A DNA stretch of 56,554 nt from Candidatus Nomurabacteria bacterium RIFCSPLOWO2_01_FULL_33_24 (GCA_001785735.1 MFUP01000014.1:1-56554), one strand, 5' to 3'; positions 19,613 through 29,117 are shown, numbered from the stretch's first letter. Program-made: numbers and translations. Notes: a model not told the origin generated them from the letters alone.

Positions 19613-20450
19613 AAAATTAGTCGGTGGAATAGTTGCTGGATTAATGGCTTTTAGTTTTTTATCACCAATGTTTGTTCTTGCCGAAGGTGAGACTCCTCAA
19701 AAAATAAGAGGGGAGGAAAGTTCTGAGGTAAAAACAACTTCAATTACCGAACAAAGAAAAGTTGATTTCTGTGAAAATTTTTCAGCTACCAGAGAGAAAA
19801 TAAATAATAGAATTTCTTCTCGAGATAGTGAGTTTAAGGAAAAGAAGGATGAAAGAAAATCAGAAAGAGACCAAAAGTGGGGAGAAAGACGCAATAAATT
19901 AGATGAGAAGAGAGATGAGATAAACTCTAGATTAGAAGATTATTTTTCCGCCTTAGAAAAAAAAGCTAAAACCGGTGAAGAAAAAGAGTCCGTAAACAAT
20001 TTCAAAACAGCAGTCAAAGAAGCTATTACTGTTCGTCATGAAGCAATAAAAACTGCTATTGAAGAATATAGGATTGGAGTAGAGGAAATTATTATCAACA
20101 GAAAAACTTCCAATGAAGAAATGATTTCTTCTTTTAAGAGTGCTGTTGAAAAAGCCAATGCTCAAGCTAAAATTGATTGTGATAATGGAATAGCTCCTTC
20201 AGAAATTAAAGCTGATCTCAAAGAAGCTTTAGAAAATGCCAAGGAACAACTTCATCAAGTTAAGGATTCAAGTGATGATATTAAAGAAGCCATTCATGTT
20301 TTGATTGAAGCCAAAAAATTATCTATTGAAAAAGCTCAAGAAATTTTTGAAGAAGCAATGAAAATAGCCAAAGAAAAATTTAAGGCTACTCTTCTAAAGA
20401 ATGACAAGGAAGATGATGATAGTAATGAAACAACTAACGAAGAAAACTAG
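19602..20450 (+). CDS. Secreted alpha-helical/coiled-coil protein
   Basis: Signal peptide (MIFKKLVGGIVAGLMAFSFLSPMFVLA), then a K/E/A-rich helical body with two Cys. The start could also be 19593 or 19596. Confidence 0.8.
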   Translation: MIFKKLVGGIVAGLMAFSFLSPMFVLAEGETPQKIRGEESSEVKTTSITEQRKVDFCENFSATREKINNRISSRDSEFKEKKDERKSERDQKWGERRNKLDEKRDEINSRLEDYFSALEKKAKTGEEKESVNNFKTAVKEAITVRHEAIKTAIEEYRIGVEEIIINRKTSNEEMISSFKSAVEKANAQAKIDCDNGIAPSEIKADLKEALENAKEQLHQVKDSSDDIKEAIHVLIEAKKLSIEKAQEIFEEAMKIAKEKFKATLLKNDKEDDDSNETTNEEN

Positions 20451-20472
20451 AAATAATTTGTTTCACAAACTA

Positions 20473-20512
20473 TTTAAAAATAAGCTCCATGTTAATGGAG
20501 CTTATTTTTAAA
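20473..20512. terminator. Intrinsic terminator hairpin
   Basis: TTTAAAAATAAGCTCCAT-GTTA-ATGGAGCTTATTTTTAAA between convergent genes. Confidence 0.8.
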
Positions 20513-20532
20513 ATATGAAACATTTATAAATA

Positions 20533-20561
20533 AAAAGCCTAGTTATCATAACTAGGCTTTT
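20533..20561. terminator. Second hairpin, likely prs terminator
   Basis: AAAAGCCTAGTTA-TCA-TAACTAGGCTTTT. Confidence 0.7.
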
Positions 20562-20579
20562 AAATTTAGGGAGAGATCT

Positions 20580-21635
20580 TTATTTGGATTTTGCTTCTTG
20601 TTCAGTATCAAACATAATGTTTAATAGTTCTGAAGCAATAACTGCTGACATAAAGACATCAGTTATTTTACCTCCTGTCCTTTTTTCATAAGGACGAGGA
20701 ATAGTGTTTCCAAAAAATATTCTTGAAAAAGGAGTTTCGTCAATAAATTTTCTTTTCCAACCTGATACACAAACCGGATGAGTAGCACAAAAAATAATAT
20801 CTCTTGCTTTCTTTTTTTTTAAATCTGACCCAGTTAGTTTAGCTGTCCCCCCCGTAGAAAGTTCATCCTCGATGATAACCACAGTTGAATCTTTAATTAA
20901 TTCATCTGTGGCTAATAAAAGCTGGCAACCATATTTTTTACTAATGGTTTTTACTTTTTCTTTGCTGTTGATTATGACTGTTTCCCCTTCATGTTTCCTA
21001 TTTTTCAAACTAAGAATAACTTCTACCCCTAATATTTTAGCCACATTGATTGCCCTAATAACCGAGCCTTCGTCAGGCGAGAAGATATAAAATTTTTGTC
21101 CCTGCTTTTTGGTTATGTGCAAAATTGGCTTAAGGCGGTCAGCAAAAGGACCGGCGCCAGAAACATTAAATGCTTCAATTCCTGCTTCTTTACAGTTTTC
21201 TAAAGTCGCCTTAGAGTGAATATCTAATAACAATAATTTATCAATTCCATTTTTTTTCATCTCATAACAAGCTCTTCGGTTTCTGTTAATTTCGTTTTTT
21301 TTATTCCCTTGATCTTGTCGACGATAATGCATAAATGGCTGAACAGCAATTATTGTTTTTGCTTCATATTGATATTTTATTGCCCAGCTTAATTCCAAAA
21401 ACTGGTTCCATAAATGATCTGAATAGGTGCTTTCAAGTAAAACAACAATTTTGTTTTTTAATTCGCCGTAATTCTCAATTCTGCGATCAGATTCTCCGTC
21501 AGGGAAATCATCAAAATTAATATTGAAAAATTTAAAATTAGTTCCAGCGGTATCATTTATCCAGGCAATAACATGCTTGTCTAAGTCATGATTACCGGTA
21601 CCACCGACAATAGCAAACTTTGATTGAGTAATCAT
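20580..21635 (-). CDS. prs: Ribose-phosphate pyrophosphokinase (divergent)
   Basis: FPDGE, YRRQD, LDIHS, SPDEG, PRPP-binding loop VIIEDELSTGGT, ATH. Confidence 0.85.
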   Translation of the reverse strand: MITQSKFAIVGGTGNHDLDKHVIAWINDTAGTNFKFFNINFDDFPDGESDRRIENYGELKNKIVVLLESTYSDHLWNQFLELSWAIKYQYEAKTIIAVQPFMHYRRQDQGNKKNEINRNRRACYEMKKNGIDKLLLLDIHSKATLENCKEAGIEAFNVSGAGPFADRLKPILHITKKQGQKFYIFSPDEGSVIRAINVAKILGVEVILSLKNRKHEGETVIINSKEKVKTISKKYGCQLLLATDELIKDSTVVIIEDELSTGGTAKLTGSDLKKKKARDIIFCATHPVCVSGWKRKFIDETPFSRIFFGNTIPRPYEKRTGGKITDVFMSAVIASELLNIMFDTEQEAKSK

Positions 21636-21840
21636 TTTTTTCCTTTTTAAATTTAAAAAACATATTTTCTAAGTTTACCCTATCTCTTTTCATATTAATT
21701 GTCAACTTTTCAAAAATGATTAGGTAATCTTCTAACTACTTCTAACTATGTTCAATTAAGTATTTTTGGTGTTCCATAAGAACACTATGGGAACACCAAA
21801 TGTTTACATCTAGTGTTTTTATGATAAACTAGTGAACATT

Positions 21841-22884
21841 ATGAAAACAGAAATAAAAGAACTAGAGAACAGCGAGATAGAGATAGTTGGAGAAATTCCA
21901 ATAGGGGATCTTGATAAGTATCAAAAAGAGGCGCTAAAAAAATTAGGAGAAAATACTAAGATGCCAGGATTTAGAAAAGGACATATTCCTGAAAATATTT
22001 TAATTAAACAAATTGGAGATCAAAAATTATTAGAAGAAACTGCTCAAGTAGCTTTAAAAAAAACATATCCCGAAATTATTAAAAAAAATAAAATTGAAGC
22101 TATCGGCCTACCGGAAATAACTATTACCAAAATTGCCAAAGGAAATCCTTTGGGTTTCAAAATAAAAACTGCCATTATCCCCAAAATAGAAATACCCAAC
22201 CATAGAAAAATAGCCAAAGAGATTGGTTCTCCTTCAGAGAAGATAGAAATAAAAGTTGATGAAAAAGAAATAGAGAATACAATTCTCCAAATTAGAAAAA
22301 TGAGAGCCCAAACCTCAACACCCTCCAATGATGGGAAAACTAAAGAAGATATCCCCGAACTAGATGATGAGTTTGTCAGATTATTGGGTAATTTTAAAGA
22401 TGTTAAAGATTTTAGAGAAAAACTTAAAGAAAATATAAAAGTAGAAAAACGGTTGAAGATCCGAGACAAAAATAGATTGAAGATTATGGAAAAAATAATT
22501 GAAGAAACAAAAATTGAACTTCCTCGAATTTTAATTGATATTGAAATTAATAAAATGATACACCAACTTAAACATGATCTTTCTCATGCCGGAATGGAGC
22601 TTGAAGATTATCTAAAAAATATTAAAAAAACAGAAGAGGATATCAGAAAAGAATGGACAGAGGATGCCAAAAAGAGATCTAAGCTTCAATTAATTGCTTA
22701 CCAAATTGCTAAAGACGAAGAAATAAAAGTTTCCGAGGAAGAAATACAGAAACAAGTTAATTTAATTATGGATACCCACAAAGAAGCGGATCCGGACCGC
22801 GCCCGAGCTTATATAGAAAATGTTCTCACTAATGAAAAAGTTTTCCAACTTTTAGAAAACCAGGCACTAGAAAACCAAAAATAG
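21841..22884 (+). CDS. tig: Trigger factor lacking the FKBP PPIase domain
   Basis: PGFRKGHIP ribosome-binding signature and ELDDEF; C-terminal domain present; adjacent to clpP; ~347 aa. Confidence 0.92.
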   Translation: MKTEIKELENSEIEIVGEIPIGDLDKYQKEALKKLGENTKMPGFRKGHIPENILIKQIGDQKLLEETAQVALKKTYPEIIKKNKIEAIGLPEITITKIAKGNPLGFKIKTAIIPKIEIPNHRKIAKEIGSPSEKIEIKVDEKEIENTILQIRKMRAQTSTPSNDGKTKEDIPELDDEFVRLLGNFKDVKDFREKLKENIKVEKRLKIRDKNRLKIMEKIIEETKIELPRILIDIEINKMIHQLKHDLSHAGMELEDYLKNIKKTEEDIRKEWTEDAKKRSKLQLIAYQIAKDEEIKVSEEEIQKQVNLIMDTHKEADPDRARAYIENVLTNEKVFQLLENQALENQK

Positions 22885-22902
22885 TTTTGTTATACTACTA
22901 AT

Positions 22903-23514
22903 ATGTTAATACCAACAGTTATAGAAAAAACACAATTTGGGGAACGAGCTTATGATATTTATTCTCGTCTTTTAAAAGAGCGGATTATTTTTCTTGGATC
23001 AGGAATTGATGACAATGTGGCTAATAGTGTTATTGCCCAATTATTATTTTTAGAATCGGAAGATCCTAAAAAAGATATCAGTCTTTATATAAATTCTCCA
23101 GGCGGATCAGTGACAGCCGGCATGGCTATTTACGATACAATGCAACATATTAAACCTGATATTCAAACAATTTGTATTGGCATGGCCGCTTCCATGGGTT
23201 CCATTCTTTTAGCTGGCGGAGCGAAAGGAAAAAGATTCGCTTTACCAAATGCCGATGTTATGATTCACCAAGTTAGTGCTGGCTTCCAGGGGCAAGCTTC
23301 TGATATTGAAAGAAGTGCTAGATATATTCTCAGATTAAAGCAAAAACTGAATGAAATTTTGGCCAAGCATACTGGAAAACCAATATCTAAGATTGAGGAA
23401 GATTCTGATAGGGATTATTTTATGACCGCCGAAGAAGCAAAAAAATATGGCATTATTGATGAAATTATGATAAAAAACTCTTCTTTAAAACCAAAAACTA
23501 AAAACGGGAATTAG
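22903..23514 (+). CDS. clpP: ATP-dependent Clp protease proteolytic subunit
   Basis: [38 protein letters not shown]. Confidence 0.98.
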   Translation: MLIPTVIEKTQFGERAYDIYSRLLKERIIFLGSGIDDNVANSVIAQLLFLESEDPKKDISLYINSPGGSVTAGMAIYDTMQHIKPDIQTICIGMAASMGSILLAGGAKGKRFALPNADVMIHQVSAGFQGQASDIERSARYILRLKQKLNEILAKHTGKPISKIEEDSDRDYFMTAEEAKKYGIIDEIMIKNSSLKPKTKNGN

Positions 23515-23528
23515 AAAAAAATGAAAAC

Positions 23529-23557
23529 TGGACTTTTTATTTCTATTTTGCTAAAAT
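23529..23557 (+). promoter_or_regulatory. Sigma70 promoter upstream of the rny leader
   Basis: TGGACT-N17-TAAAAT with an extended TG. Confidence 0.6.
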
Positions 23558-23587
23558 GGAATTGTTCGGTTTTATAAAAGTAATTAA

Positions 23588-23748
23588 ACTTCAGGAATAT
23601 ACTTTTTTAGTCTTGATTATCCGTTATTTAATGAATATTAAACTTACAAAATTCGAAAACAAATTTTTCAAAAAAATAACTAATATCTCAAATATTAGGT
23701 CTATTTGGGGATAAAAATTCCAAGACAATTTGGTATGTTCTTGTAAGT
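23588..23748 (+). ncRNA. Candidate structured RNA (6S-like RNA or rny leader)
   Basis: Nested long-range pairings: 23588-23602 with 23733-23748 (15 bp including 2 G-U), GTCTTG/CAAGAC, TTATCC/GGATAA, plus inner hairpins. Confidence 0.45.
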
Positions 23749-23760
23749 ACTTAGACACTT

Positions 23761-25287
23761 ATGAGTACAACAACAATTTTACTAACTATAATAGGTTTGG
23801 CAACAGGAATAGGATTAGGTTATTATCTCCGTCTTATAATTTCTCTTGGGAAAAAAGGTTCAATTGAACTTGAAACAAAGAAAATGCTAGTTTCCGCCAA
23901 GGAAAATGCTCAATTTATTTTAGACAAAGCTAAAATTGAAGCGGAAAAACGGGAAAAAGAAATAAATCAGAAAGAGAAAGAAAGAGATTTAGAGTTTAAA
24001 AAAACAGAAGAGCGCCTTATCAAAAAGGAGGGTTTTCTTGATATTCGTCAAGTTGAGATAGGAAAAGAGGTTGAAAATATAAGGATAAAAACAGAGGAGG
24101 TAAAAAAAATACGGGAGGAGACCAAAAAATTGGAAGAAGAAAAACAAAAAGCTCTTGAGAAAGTAGCTAGGTTATCACAAGAAGAAGCAAGGGAAGATCT
24201 TTTTAATCAAGTCCAAAAAAACTCCGAGGAAGATCTCCTTGTTCGAATGCAGAAATTAGAAATTGGTAATTCCGAAAAACTAGACAGACGAGCAAAAGAC
24301 ATTTTAGCTACTTCAATTCAACGACTATCATCTTCTACCGCGGCTGAATTAATGACCACCATTGTTTCTATCCCCTCTGACGACATTAAGGGAAAAATAA
24401 TTGGAAAAGAGGGGAGAAATATTAGAGCTTTTGAAAGAGAAGCGGGGGTTGAATTAATTGTGGATGACACCCCAGAATCAATTATTATTTCTTCTTTTGA
24501 TCCTGTTAGGAGACAAGTGGCTAGGGTAGCTTTAGAAAATCTAATTTTAGATGGAAGAATTCAACCGGCCAAAATTGAGGAGATGGTTGCTAAAGCCAAA
24601 GACGATATAAATAAAATTATAAAAGATAAGGGAGAACAAGCTGTTTTTGAGTGTGGCATTTTAAACCTAGACCCAAGAATTATCGCTATTTTAGGACGAT
24701 TATATTTTAGAACTAGTTATGGACAAAATGTTTTGCAACATTCAATTGAAATGTCTCATATTGCTGGCATGTTGGCCGAAGAACTTGAAGCTGATGTAAA
24801 CATTGCTAAGGCTGGGGCCTTAGTTCATGATATCGGGAAAGCCTTGGATCACGAAGTCCAAGGAACTCATGTTGATATTGGTGTTCGGATTCTTAATAAA
24901 TTTGGAGCTAATGAAAAAATTGTTCAAGCTATGAAATCTCACCATGAAGATTATCCTTATGAAACAATTGAATCAATTATTGTTCAAGTAGCTGACTCAA
25001 TTTCTGGCGGGCGACCAGGAGCCAGAAGAGATACTGCAGAAAATTATTTAAAACGATTAAAAGAATTAGAAACCATTGTTAACGCTTTTGAAGGAGTAGA
25101 AAAATCATTTGCTCTTCAGGCTGGACGAGAAATACGGATTTTTGTTACTCCTGATAAAGTATCCGATATTCAAGCCAAAAGTATGGCTAGGGAAATTGCT
25201 ATTAAAATTGAACAGGATCTTAAATACCCTGGTGAAATTAAGGTAACTCTTATTAGAGAGAATAGAATCACAGATTATGCACGGTAA
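23761..25287 (+). CDS. rny: Ribonuclease Y
   Basis: N-terminal TM segment, coiled coil, KH domain (KGKIIGKEGRNIR), HD domain (HDIGK), ADSISGGRPGAR. Confidence 0.97.
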   Translation: MSTTTILLTIIGLATGIGLGYYLRLIISLGKKGSIELETKKMLVSAKENAQFILDKAKIEAEKREKEINQKEKERDLEFKKTEERLIKKEGFLDIRQVEIGKEVENIRIKTEEVKKIREETKKLEEEKQKALEKVARLSQEEAREDLFNQVQKNSEEDLLVRMQKLEIGNSEKLDRRAKDILATSIQRLSSSTAAELMTTIVSIPSDDIKGKIIGKEGRNIRAFEREAGVELIVDDTPESIIISSFDPVRRQVARVALENLILDGRIQPAKIEEMVAKAKDDINKIIKDKGEQAVFECGILNLDPRIIAILGRLYFRTSYGQNVLQHSIEMSHIAGMLAEELEADVNIAKAGALVHDIGKALDHEVQGTHVDIGVRILNKFGANEKIVQAMKSHHEDYPYETIESIIVQVADSISGGRPGARRDTAENYLKRLKELETIVNAFEGVEKSFALQAGREIRIFVTPDKVSDIQAKSMAREIAIKIEQDLKYPGEIKVTLIRENRITDYAR

Positions 25288-25464
25288 TCTAATGATCTAA
25301 AAAAGAAAAAGCTAAAAAACAGATTTCCCCAAACAATACTAGATAAGTTGCATTGAAATTAGCTTGATATATAATAAGGAAATAACTCCTCTTTGTTTAA
25401 AGGGGAATAAATAAGGTAAAAATAAGGTCGAGGTATTACCAAACCTAAATATCTAAAAAATATT

Positions 25465-25737
25465 ATGAACAAACAAGCAATTGCTGATATGGTTCATGGA
25501 CAAATTGGTGGAACTAAAGCTCAAGCGGAAAGGGTTGTTGATGGAATTTTCGACACTATCACCAATACAATAAAAAAAGGAGGGGAGGTTTCTATTGCTG
25601 GTTTTGGAATTTTCTCTTCAAAGAATCGAGCAGCCCGAATGGCTAGAAACCCAAAAACTGGAGCAGCCGTAAGTGTCCCCGCCACTAGAGTTCCAAAATT
25701 TAGAGCTTCCAAGGCCCTGAAAGACGCGGTCAAATAA
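25465..25737 (+). CDS. hup: DNA-binding protein HU
   Basis: VSIAGFGIF..RAARMARNPKTG..VPKFRASKALKDAV. Confidence 0.95.
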   Translation: MNKQAIADMVHGQIGGTKAQAERVVDGIFDTITNTIKKGGEVSIAGFGIFSSKNRAARMARNPKTGAAVSVPATRVPKFRASKALKDAVK

Positions 25738-25752
25738 TAAATTTTTTACTCA

Positions 25753-25784
25753 ACAAAAAACCCCTTATCAGAGGGATTTTTTGT
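25753..25784 (+). terminator. hup terminator
   Basis: ACAAAAAACCCCT-TATCAG-AGGGATTTTTTGT. Confidence 0.65.
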
Positions 25785-25819
25785 ATTTAATAAAATTAAT
25801 AAATAAAAAATAAAATAGG

Positions 25820-25845
25820 AAAGGGCCCAATAAATTGAGCCCTTT
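25820..25845 (-). terminator. Radical SAM gene terminator
   Basis: AAAGGGCCCAAT-AA-ATTGAGCCCTTT next to the stop codon. Confidence 0.55.
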
Positions 25846-25850
25846 GAATT

Positions 25851-27065
25851 TTAAATTAATCGTCTTAATACCGTTTGATAAAAATCTTTTGGAATTGAAA
25901 TCTCATCCTTAACACAACCATTATTAAATTTATTGATTTTATAATTTTTGCTTCCAAGCCAAATATCTAACAAACTACTGTTACGAATATTCCCATGAAC
26001 TACAAAGCGAGCGGTGTCATTGCCCGGACATCTCCAAACCTCGCCATCGTAATGAATATACAAACCATGAGTTAATTGATTGCAAGGAGCAATTCCTACG
26101 TAAGGAGAAACTTTCTCTTGTTTTAATTCATCAATGGTCTTAGCTTCTTTATTAATGAGAAATAAATAAATTTCTACAGCAAGATCTTTATACTTACGTT
26201 CAAATTCTAGTCCTTGGTGACTTTTGACCAGCTTGTGTCCCTTTCCGCTAACCATTGTGGTTGTAATAAGTACAGGGATATTTCTGTCACATCCCCATTT
26301 GAAAATTTCTGAGACACCATCAATTGTTTCTGGCCCAACCGGACTAGTGATAATAGCCAGTCTTTGTTTTTCCTGGTCACTATTCATTCCAGCTTGACAT
26401 AACCTTTCAATGGCAATGTTTCGAGACTCGTGGTAATTAAAAGCATCACGAAGCTTTGGGGTTTTTGTTGGAATATATTTGTTTTCAATTTCTGAATCAA
26501 AAGAGCGACTACCAACCAAAAAAGTTATATTATTGTAATTTGTTAATTTATTAACAAATTCTTGAGAATTAATACCATGATACATCTGTGATAAAACATC
26601 TGACCCCATAATAGCTCCTTTGGTAAAAATCCCAACAATAATATTCCTTTTTTGCAAATCATCTAAAATTTGGAATAAATTCGGATTTGCCAATAATTCG
26701 CCAGGTCCAAGAAATTTTATTGATTCTAATCCTAATTTAAGACCTTGATCAATAATATTTACAACTTCTGCATAAGTCATAATTGTATTTTTGACTACCG
26801 TATTATTGAAACAACCTGGACATGAATGTGGACAAGGATAATTCTTTGCAAAAACTTTTTTAACATCACTTAAAGAAGAACTGTTAACTATACTAGCAAA
26901 TTTAGAATCGGAAATATTAATGTCTAAAGTTAGAAGCTTTTTAATATCTTTACCATTAATAATAATCTTCTCACCAATACGATTTTTTGGAAAATGCCAA
27001 CCCCAAATAGCGAGCTTTTTGGGAATAAAGTTAACTGGCTGAACATTTGGAAACTTATTTTTCAT
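25851..27065 (-). CDS. Radical SAM protein with SPASM/twitch-like C-terminal domain
   Basis: CPHSCPGC (CX3CX2C), GPGELL, and C-terminal PCNQ..YIHYDGEVWRCPG..GNI..LLDIW..C. Confidence 0.85.
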   Translation of the reverse strand: MKNKFPNVQPVNFIPKKLAIWGWHFPKNRIGEKIIINGKDIKKLLTLDINISDSKFASIVNSSSLSDVKKVFAKNYPCPHSCPGCFNNTVVKNTIMTYAEVVNIIDQGLKLGLESIKFLGPGELLANPNLFQILDDLQKRNIIVGIFTKGAIMGSDVLSQMYHGINSQEFVNKLTNYNNITFLVGSRSFDSEIENKYIPTKTPKLRDAFNYHESRNIAIERLCQAGMNSDQEKQRLAIITSPVGPETIDGVSEIFKWGCDRNIPVLITTTMVSGKGHKLVKSHQGLEFERKYKDLAVEIYLFLINKEAKTIDELKQEKVSPYVGIAPCNQLTHGLYIHYDGEVWRCPGNDTARFVVHGNIRNSSLLDIWLGSKNYKINKFNNGCVKDEISIPKDFYQTVLRRLI

Positions 27066-27252
27066 AATTTATATTTTTTGTTATAAAATATTTAAACGAA
27101 CAAGTTATTGACTTATAAATATAATATCTTATAATGTAAAATATTGTCGGCATATATAAAAAAAGTTATAAAATATACTATAATAATCCTTATTTTATAA
27201 TAAAAAATGTGTTATATATTTTTCCACAACAATATGATATTATAAACAATAT

Positions 27253-28008
27253 ATGATTGAAAAAATCCTAAAACAATTAAATTTCTCGTCAAAAGAAATA
27301 GAAGTTTATTTAATAATAACAAAAATTGACCAAGCCTCAGTATCATTAATATCAAAAGAAACAAATATAAATCGAACTACTATATACGATATTCTGGAAA
27401 ATCTTATGTCAAAAGGTATTGTTTCAAAAATTAAAAAATCAAGTAAATCCTTTTTTTATGCATTACCTCCTAGTAGACTTACTGATTATCTTGAAAGAGA
27501 AAGACGAGAATATAATCTAAAAATAGATATTCAGAAAGAAAGAATAGAAAAAATAATGCCTGAATTAATTTCTTTACAAAATTTGCATTCAAAGAATAAA
27601 CCCAGGGTTCATTTCTTTAGCGGGGAAAAAGGGATGAGGGAAGCCTATGAAGATTCCTTAACGGCTGAAGGAACGATCCGCGCTTATGCAAATGTAGAAG
27701 AAATGCATAAGGGATTGCCTAATTTTTTTCCTGAATATTATAAAAGAAGAACTCAGGCAAATATTCATATCAAAGCGATAATCCCCCAAAATGAGATTTC
27801 AAAAAGTAGAGTGCAAAAAAATAGTGAAGAAATGAGAACAACAAAATTTTTGCCAGAAGAAAAAATGACATTTAGTCCGGAAATTAATATTTATAATGAT
27901 AAAGTTCTTCTTGTTTCTTGGAGGGAATCAATGGCCATCATCATCCAATCAAAAGAATTGGCTGATTTTCATAAATTGACCTATGACCTATTGTGGGATA
28001 ATTTATAA
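27253..28008 (+). CDS. TrmB-family transcriptional regulator
   Basis: N-terminal winged HTH (LNFSSKEIEVYL..INRTTIYDILENLMSKG), PRVHFFSGEKGMREAY, EINIYNDKV..AIIIQSKELA. Confidence 0.88.
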   Translation: MIEKILKQLNFSSKEIEVYLIITKIDQASVSLISKETNINRTTIYDILENLMSKGIVSKIKKSSKSFFYALPPSRLTDYLERERREYNLKIDIQKERIEKIMPELISLQNLHSKNKPRVHFFSGEKGMREAYEDSLTAEGTIRAYANVEEMHKGLPNFFPEYYKRRTQANIHIKAIIPQNEISKSRVQKNSEEMRTTKFLPEEKMTFSPEINIYNDKVLLVSWRESMAIIIQSKELADFHKLTYDLLWDNL

Positions 28009-28623
28009 TTTTTTAACACTACAACCCTTGGCTTTGTGGGCATCATTTCTTATTCCTCTCATCCCATAACCGTCAAAATAAAAACCAAGTACTTTTCTGG
28101 TTCCATAAACATTTGAAACGATTGTTCTTCCTTTTGATTTTCTTATTTCTCTAGGAATTCTTACCATCCCTGTGGTTAAATTTCCATCATCGGCTATTTT
28201 ATCAATCATTTCTGCCTCTTTTGTTGAAACACCATCAACAACAAGGGTGGGGATAGCATTGTTTCCTCCAATAAATTCCCAGTGGTAAGTTTTTTTCCAT
28301 TTATTTTTAGGCCAAGCATTTAAATAAGGACCATTCCAACCCTTGGCGGGCCTATTTCCTTTATAAGAAAAATTTCCTGAAACAAACATGGCTGTTTCGC
28401 AGACATCACCCCAATTAGCATCGTAACCGGGAAGCTCTTGGACATCATTAATATACGCGATGATAGCTTGATTCATTTCGCTAGCTTGGGCAATAGTGGC
28501 CACCACTCTTGCTCTTGTCCGGGCAGAATTAAGAGGAATCATTACAATACTAACTAAAAGACTCATTATGGCAATAACGACAAGCAATTCAATTAGGGTA
28601 AATCCCCGCTTATTATTCATCAT
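28003..28623 (-). CDS. Type IV pilin / pseudopilin
   Basis: Class III signal KRG|FTLIELLVVIAI; GspG-like WNGPYL motif. Confidence 0.9.
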   Translation of the reverse strand: MMNNKRGFTLIELLVVIAIMSLLVSIVMIPLNSARTRARVVATIAQASEMNQAIIAYINDVQELPGYDANWGDVCETAMFVSGNFSYKGNRPAKGWNGPYLNAWPKNKWKKTYHWEFIGGNNAIPTLVVDGVSTKEAEMIDKIADDGNLTTGMVRIPREIRKSKGRTIVSNVYGTRKVLGFYFDGYGMRGIRNDAHKAKGCSVKKL

Positions 28624-28891
28624 ACTCTAAGGTAATCATTTCTGGATTATCATTAATAAACTCTTCGGAATAATACTGATTATCTTTTTGTTGAAACCAG
28701 CCAAAAGAAAGGAAAAAGGCAACAAGAAAACAAAAAACAACCAGCCCGATCAAAAAATAATTTGCCTGTTTTTCATTTTTTATAAAACCACCAAAATGCT
28801 TTAGGACCCATTGGGTCATTTTTGATTCATAAAACCTATTTTCATGTTTTTTAATTTCTGGTTGATTTAAAAATTCAATATCATCAGACAT
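28613..28891 (-). CDS. Small single-pass membrane protein
   Basis: 92 aa; GGFIKNEKQANYFL followed by a TM segment; overlaps the pilin start. Confidence 0.75.
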   Translation of the reverse strand: MSDDIEFLNQPEIKKHENRFYESKMTQWVLKHFGGFIKNEKQANYFLIGLVVFCFLVAFFLSFGWFQQKDNQYYSEEFINDNPEMITLEYDE

Positions 28892-28925
28892 CGTTTATAT
28901 AATTGAAATTGTAACATGCTATGCA

Positions 28926-29012
28926 GTATTCTTGAATTAGTCCGAGCGCATTTCGCCGCCTGCGGCGGCGACGGCCAGCCCACCAAAATTTGAGCGGCTT
29001 CGCCGCGCTCTT
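28926..29012 (+). repeat. Left 87-bp inverted repeat
   Basis: Matches the reverse complement of 30479-30565 with 5 mismatches; internal hairpins CGCCGCC-TGC-GGCGGCG and GCGGC-TTC-GCCGC. Confidence 0.95.
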
Positions 29013-29078
29013 TGACAATTTCAAGTTTTTCTATGAGTTAATCATAACTCATCACAGTAAATTTTCTAGCACCTTTAC

Positions 29079-29117
29079 AAAAAGAAAAAGGGTTCGCCAC
29101 CTTGCGATAGCGAACCC
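29079..29117 (-). terminator. purM intrinsic terminator
   Basis: GGGTTCGC..GCGAACCC stem followed on the minus strand by TTTTTCTTTTT. Confidence 0.75.
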
